A stretch of DNA of 10,634 nt from Promethearchaeota archaeon Loki_b31 (GTDB taxonomy: Archaea; Asgardarchaeota; Lokiarchaeia; Sigyniarchaeales; SOKP01): the NCBI GenBank assembly GCA_005222975.1, contig NJBI01000086.1, positions 1-10,634 of the forward strand, written 5' to 3'. Below are positions 6,639 through 10,634 of the stretch, piece after piece; within the stretch, counting starts at the first letter, position 1, and each line of letters starts with the position of its first letter. A program made the translations under genes and the position numbers. The notes under the pieces were generated by a model that did no database searches, was not told where the DNA came from, and saw only the letters and a list, made by a program, of their open reading frames with translations.

Positions 6639-7868
6639 GTGATGTATTTGGAAGGACACATTCATTTTGAAGATTTGGAATTTGAGTATGGCTATTCGTG
6701 CATGCCGGATAGATTACAGTTCTATACTAAGGAAGAAAACGATTTTCGCATGGAAGTTCGCGAGTGGTGTAAAAACCATGTCGAACCTGTGGCTGAAAAG
6801 ATAGATCGGGAGAGGAATATAGAATTAGCTGTAGAAATTTTACGCAAAATGAAACCTTACTTGAATATTATAATCCCAAAAGAAGTAGGAGGTTTAGGGA
6901 AAGGAATTTTGTACCGAACAATCTTTGGCGAGGAGCTCACAGCTTTCAGCTACGCTCTTGCGGGGATATTTGGCGCGTCTTCGTGCTTGTTTGCGGGGCC
7001 AATTATAGAATTCGGAACTCAAGAGCAAAAAAAAAAGTACCTCTCAGGAATAGCTGACGGAACGAAAATAGGTGCTATTGGTATAACGGAACCCACAGGT
7101 GGTTCTGACGCAATTGGAGGGATGAGGTTAAAAGCGATAAGGGAAGGAGACCATTATGTTCTCAACGGAGAAAAATGCTTCATAACAAACGGTAGCGTTG
7201 CAGATTACATTTGTTTGTACGCAAAAACAAACGATCAAGTTAGGGCGCATCAAGGTATTTCGGCATTCATTTTCGAAACTAATACTCCGGGATTTGAAGT
7301 TATTAAGGAATATAAGCATATGGGACGTAGAGGGATGCCCAATTCTCATCTTCGATTTAAGGACTGTAAAGTGCCAGCTGCAAATATTCTTCATAGAGAG
7401 AACGAAGGTGTGGATGTTTTATTATTCGGTCTTGATGGTGAAAGAACATTTACCGCCTCTCAATACCTTGGTCTTGCTCGAAGCGCTTTAGAAGTAGCTT
7501 ACAAGTACGCTCATAAGCGAGTTCAGTTCAAAAAACCTATCTATTCTTTTGAAGGAATATCTTTCAAACTTAGCGAAATGTTTATGGATGTAGAGCTAAA
7601 TAGGATGGCAATCGCGCAAATCGCAAGAATGCTTGATGATGGGTATAACTGTAGAGCCTCCGTTGCTGCTGTTAAAACTCGGATCGCTGACGCTACTGTG
7701 AGAATTACTCAAGACGCAGTTCAAATTGCAGGAGGTCTTGGATACTCCGAAGAATATCCTTTAGAGCGCTATTATCGAGATGCGAAGATCGGACAAATCT
7801 CAGCAGGTACATCGGAAATAATGAGATATATCATTACAAGGGAAATGATAAGAATGTGGGGCAAATAA
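6639..7868 (+). CDS. Acyl-CoA dehydrogenase, isovaleryl-CoA dehydrogenase-type active site
   Basis: GITEPTGGSD, LNGEKCFITNG, RVQFKKPI, AVQIAGGLGY and ERYYRDAK. GLDGER plus ISAGTSE indicates IVD/LCAD-type placement of the catalytic Glu. The start may be ATG 6642 instead of GTG 6639. Confidence 0.95.
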   Translation: MMYLEGHIHFEDLEFEYGYSCMPDRLQFYTKEENDFRMEVREWCKNHVEPVAEKIDRERNIELAVEILRKMKPYLNIIIPKEVGGLGKGILYRTIFGEELTAFSYALAGIFGASSCLFAGPIIEFGTQEQKKKYLSGIADGTKIGAIGITEPTGGSDAIGGMRLKAIREGDHYVLNGEKCFITNGSVADYICLYAKTNDQVRAHQGISAFIFETNTPGFEVIKEYKHMGRRGMPNSHLRFKDCKVPAANILHRENEGVDVLLFGLDGERTFTASQYLGLARSALEVAYKYAHKRVQFKKPIYSFEGISFKLSEMFMDVELNRMAIAQIARMLDDGYNCRASVAAVKTRIADATVRITQDAVQIAGGLGYSEEYPLERYYRDAKIGQISAGTSEIMRYIITREMIRMWGK

Positions 7869-7917
7869 ATTAAATTTCAACTTTTTAAATTATTCTATTT
7901 TATCTTATTTAATAGAT

Positions 7918-8817
7918 TTACGAGTACTCTTCTTTTATAAGTTTTTCAACGCGAGATAAAGGCAAAGAAAATGGTCCAATTGATTCCATTTTAAGAGAAG
8001 TTAAAGCTGCGGAGAATCTCAAGGATTCCTCAGGAGTTTTAGTTATTCGGGAACCCAAATAACTGATAAACGCCGTGTCGCCTCTGCCTGTCCTTCCTAT
8101 GCTCCTTCTATTTTTCCAAGGAAAAAAGTAAGAATTGTTATTAACGCTTACATTGACTCCTTCTTCGTGTGTAATAAGAACTTCTTTCGGTCCCAATTCA
8201 TTTAGCAGTTTTGCTGCTTTCGGTATTGAAGATAAATTTGTAAGGACTTTCGCTTCGGTGGTGTCAAGTTTTAAGTAATTTACTTTAGATATTATCTCAA
8301 CCTTTTCTTTTTCGGTTAAATCGTAATATTGTATTTTGTTATCCTTTAAACCTCTAATAAATCCTTGAATGTCAAGAGCCAATTTGCCACTATATATTTC
8401 AGACAAATATTCTAAAAGTTCTAAGTCGATTTCGCCCGCGAGAATTGGACCTATAACGAAATATTTCGTATTAATTTCAGGAATTTCTTCTTTAGTAAAT
8501 GCACCTGCAAAACCTAAAGGTTTGTAAATTCTAACTTCCATATTATGCGACAAGTATGTATTTTTAATCCCTGACGTTTCTTTTGCGGGATTCGCAAAGT
8601 ATTTAATATTGTATTTATCAAAAATATCTAAATCTGGGAAATCTTCGCTTTTTAAACGCGTAATAATCGCTACTTTTAAACCCATTCGACTTCCAGCGAT
8701 TCCACCGTAGAATACAGACCCTCCTAACGCTGATTTGCTCACTCCATCAATTTCTATAATATCTTTCGCAAAATGTCCAATTATAGCGATATCTGACTCA
8801 AATACTTCTCGAAGCAT
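7918..8817 (-). CDS. PfkB/ribokinase family carbohydrate kinase
   Basis: N-terminal IIGHFAKD and LGGSVFYG, then LDIQG and KLDTTEA. The C-terminal anion-hole motif GRTGRGDTAF is a variant of DxxGAGD. Confidence 0.9.
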   Translation of the reverse strand: MLREVFESDIAIIGHFAKDIIEIDGVSKSALGGSVFYGGIAGSRMGLKVAIITRLKSEDFPDLDIFDKYNIKYFANPAKETSGIKNTYLSHNMEVRIYKPLGFAGAFTKEEIPEINTKYFVIGPILAGEIDLELLEYLSEIYSGKLALDIQGFIRGLKDNKIQYYDLTEKEKVEIISKVNYLKLDTTEAKVLTNLSSIPKAAKLLNELGPKEVLITHEEGVNVSVNNNSYFFPWKNRRSIGRTGRGDTAFISYLGSRITKTPEESLRFSAALTSLKMESIGPFSLPLSRVEKLIKEEYS

Positions 8818-8883
8818 AATTTCTGGTATTAAAATAAATGTATAAGAAAATATCCATTTTGAATTAGAAAATTAAAATTCTTT
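8630..8883. repeat. Direct repeat copy 1 (intact pfkB 5' end plus upstream region), partner at 10116-10375
   Basis: Aligns without gaps to 10116-10303 over the coding part (offset 1486). It aligns with small indels over about 65-70 nt of upstream DNA. Confidence 0.93.
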
Positions 8884-8929
8884 AGTTAAGTAATAAAAAA
8901 AAGGAAATAATAAAAACTTTCAAACGCGT

Positions 8930-9229
8930 TTATTCATAAATAAATAACGGGTTAACTTTTGAATTGTTAAAATAACTATCTAAGATTCTTTCTTCAATCT
9001 TGTAAATACTTGAAGCCTGGGTTAAAAAACAATTCCAATCGTAACATTTTCGGTCGTCTTGAAATACTACGCCATAACTGATAGAATTCTGATTGCAATC
9101 GTGATATAACGCATGATGTTTTCCACATTTTTCACATTTAATCACTTTTTTTACATCACCTTTAGTTTTTGTGGGAATATATTCCCCATTATTATAATAT
9201 TGTGAGATGACATTTAAAAACTTTTTCAT
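8930..9229 (-). CDS. Hypothetical protein with possible Zn-binding motif, possibly the 3' part of a frameshifted gene
   Basis: 99 aa containing CEKCGKHH-x3-HDC and two further Cys. No family was recognised. Confidence 0.55.
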   Translation of the reverse strand: MKKFLNVISQYYNNGEYIPTKTKGDVKKVIKCEKCGKHHALYHDCNQNSISYGVVFQDDRKCYDWNCFLTQASSIYKIEERILDSYFNNSKVNPLFIYE

Positions 9230-9432
9230 TTTTTTTAATTTTCTTTCATTTTTGTTTTAGATAAATATTGAGTCTCTAAAAATTGTTTAACATGCATAGG
9301 AGATAAATGAACATAACTGCAAAATCCGATTGAAAATCTTTCTAATTTTTGAAAATTTTCAATAAAAAGAGTCTTAAATCGACAAAAACATAAAAAACAC
9401 TCCAATAAGATAAAAAAAAATTAAGTGGAAAT

Positions 9433-9984
9433 TCAAATCTGTTTTATCTTAGGTTTTTTAAATTGGTATTTCCGTAATACTAAAAATATTGCTAAAATAA
9501 TTCCAATCATTAAAAGTATTAACCCTTGTATAACATAGTGAGATGAATAGCTTGTTTGAATTGTTCCATATATATCTAAAAAAGTTTCAGCAGTTATAAG
9601 AATATGTATACGACCAATAAAAGGTTGATTTAGATAAAGGGTTTTATAGACTCCTCTAATATTCTGCTCCTCGTAACAAGGGAGATATCCTCCTTGTTCA
9701 TTAATCCAAGCTTCGTAGTCGTTATCATTCAGTATTAATATTGAAAAAGAACTGTTAACTGCCCCTAGACTAATAATCAGTTTTTGATTATATGAAAACA
9801 TTGGATACTTATAGTCTACCGAATATGTTACATCTTCTATTATACCAAATTGACCTAAATTTTCAATCACAACTGTATTTGGGAACGGGATACTCATAAA
9901 TGAAATTCCAAGAAATGAGAAAATTATCCCTATCACCATAATAATTGTATTTTTCTGCTTTTGTTTAGATTCCTTCTCAATCAT
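9433..9984 (-). CDS. Membrane protein with N- and C-terminal TM helices and a beta-rich middle domain
   Basis: Hydrophobic helices at aa ~14-34 and ~150-170, a basic C-terminal tail, and a GAGGT RBS upstream. The segment FSILILNDNDYEAW is reminiscent of GOLD-like beta-sandwich domains (inference). Confidence 0.75.
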   Translation of the reverse strand: MIEKESKQKQKNTIIMVIGIIFSFLGISFMSIPFPNTVVIENLGQFGIIEDVTYSVDYKYPMFSYNQKLIISLGAVNSSFSILILNDNDYEAWINEQGGYLPCYEEQNIRGVYKTLYLNQPFIGRIHILITAETFLDIYGTIQTSYSSHYVIQGLILLMIGIILAIFLVLRKYQFKKPKIKQI

Positions 9985-10115
9985 AAGAAGTAATTACCTC
10001 TCTTTTATTGTAATCTAAATAGAAAGAAGAAATAAACTTATTTAAATAATGTGAATGATTTTGAAACTTGTAAATAAGAGGTAACTACGCGTTCTTTATG
10101 CGATATAAATATTGA

Positions 10116-10303
10116 AAATCTGAGAAATCTTCGCTTTTTAACCGTGTGATAATCGATACTTTTAAACCCATTCGACTTCCGGCAATTCCCCCTAAATATA
10201 CAGAACCTTCTAATATTGATTTGCTCACTCCATCGATTTCTATAATACCTTTTGCAAAATGTCAAATTATAACGATATCTGACTCAAATACTTCTTGAAC
10301 CAT
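10116..10303 (-). pseudogene. Truncated, nonsense-mutated copy of the pfkB kinase 5' end (direct repeat copy 2, upstream homology extends to ~10375)
   Basis: Translates as MVQEVFESDIVII*HFAKGIIEIDGVSKSILEGSVYLGGIAGSRMGLKVSIITRLKSEDFSD versus MLREVFESDIAIIGHFAKDIIEIDGVSKSALGGSVFYGGIAGSRMGLKVAIITRLKSEDFPD. Codon 14 is GGA>TGA (10264-10262). Hand count gives 24 mismatches in 186 nt (~87% identity). Confidence 0.93.
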
Positions 10304-10396
10304 AATGACTGATACTAAAATTAAATAGATGTTTAAGAAATTATCTTTTTAAAATTATAACATTAAAATTTTTTTGATAATTGATTAGAAAAAAGG

Positions 10397-10620
10397 TAAG
10401 TACTAAGTTTTTTGATCCTTAATTATCTTTTTCTAACCATAACATTTATATCTTCTAGTACATTCGTTATAGGATGGGTCTATGGCGCGTATTCTCTAAT
10501 TTTCTCTAATTTTATAGCGTTGTTCGATTCTTACCTCAAAATTTAGGCAAATACGGTGAAAATTTTCTATGAAATCAGAACATTTTTAACAGATAGAATG
10601 ATCAAAAAACTTAGTACTTA
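10397..10620. mobile_element. MITE (non-autonomous IS derivative), 224 bp including flanking TA dinucleotides
   Basis: TAAGTACTAAGTTTTTTGATC (10397-10417) and its exact reverse complement GATCAAAAAACTTAGTACTTA (10600-10620). The TA at both outer ends fits a TA target-site duplication. No intact internal ORF. Confidence 0.85.
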
Positions 10621-10634
10621 AAAATTCATTAATG

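Noticed and set aside
4991-7491. ORFs 4991-5215, 6018-6275, 7128-7394 and 7198-7491
   Set aside because: All are nested within conserved genes in other frames or strands and show no motifs.
10038-10265. 75-aa minus-strand ORF from the track
   Set aside because: Mostly an alternate frame of the pfkB pseudogene. Its FISHKERV/LITHEEGV resemblance to later PfkB sequence lacks matching nucleotide identity.
8630-10303. pfkB repeat pair as a diversity-generating retroelement TR/VR pair
   Set aside because: Mismatches are not confined to adenines of one copy (C/G, G/T and C/T changes occur). The repeat is at the 5' end and includes the promoter, and no reverse transcriptase is present.
1-10634. CRISPR array, tRNA or rRNA
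   Set aside because: No regularly spaced repeats, no cloverleaf or T-loop signature, and no GC-rich structured non-coding stretch was seen.

Overview
This AT-rich window carries GGTGA/GAGGT ribosome-binding sites, an SDS22-like LRR gene and a membrane protein with a PCI-like winged helix. That mix suggests an Asgard (Lokiarchaeia-like) archaeon, which is an inference. The metabolic genes are an OsmC-family protein, a hotdog acyl-CoA thioesterase, an APC amino-acid permease, an isovaleryl-CoA-dehydrogenase-type acyl-CoA dehydrogenase and a PfkB kinase. A translationally coupled minus-strand operon encodes an NrdG-like radical SAM activase, an HdrD/GlpC-like CCG Fe-S protein and an unannotated 49-aa charged peptide. 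There are also several signs of rearrangement. A 224-bp MITE has perfect 21-bp terminal inverted repeats (10397-10620). A diverged, nonsense-mutated copy of the pfkB 5' end plus its promoter brackets a ~1.5-kb two-gene insert. An LRR gene is split into two pieces around the PCI-like membrane-protein gene. A possible transposase tail lies at the left edge. No rRNA, tRNA or CRISPR array was seen.
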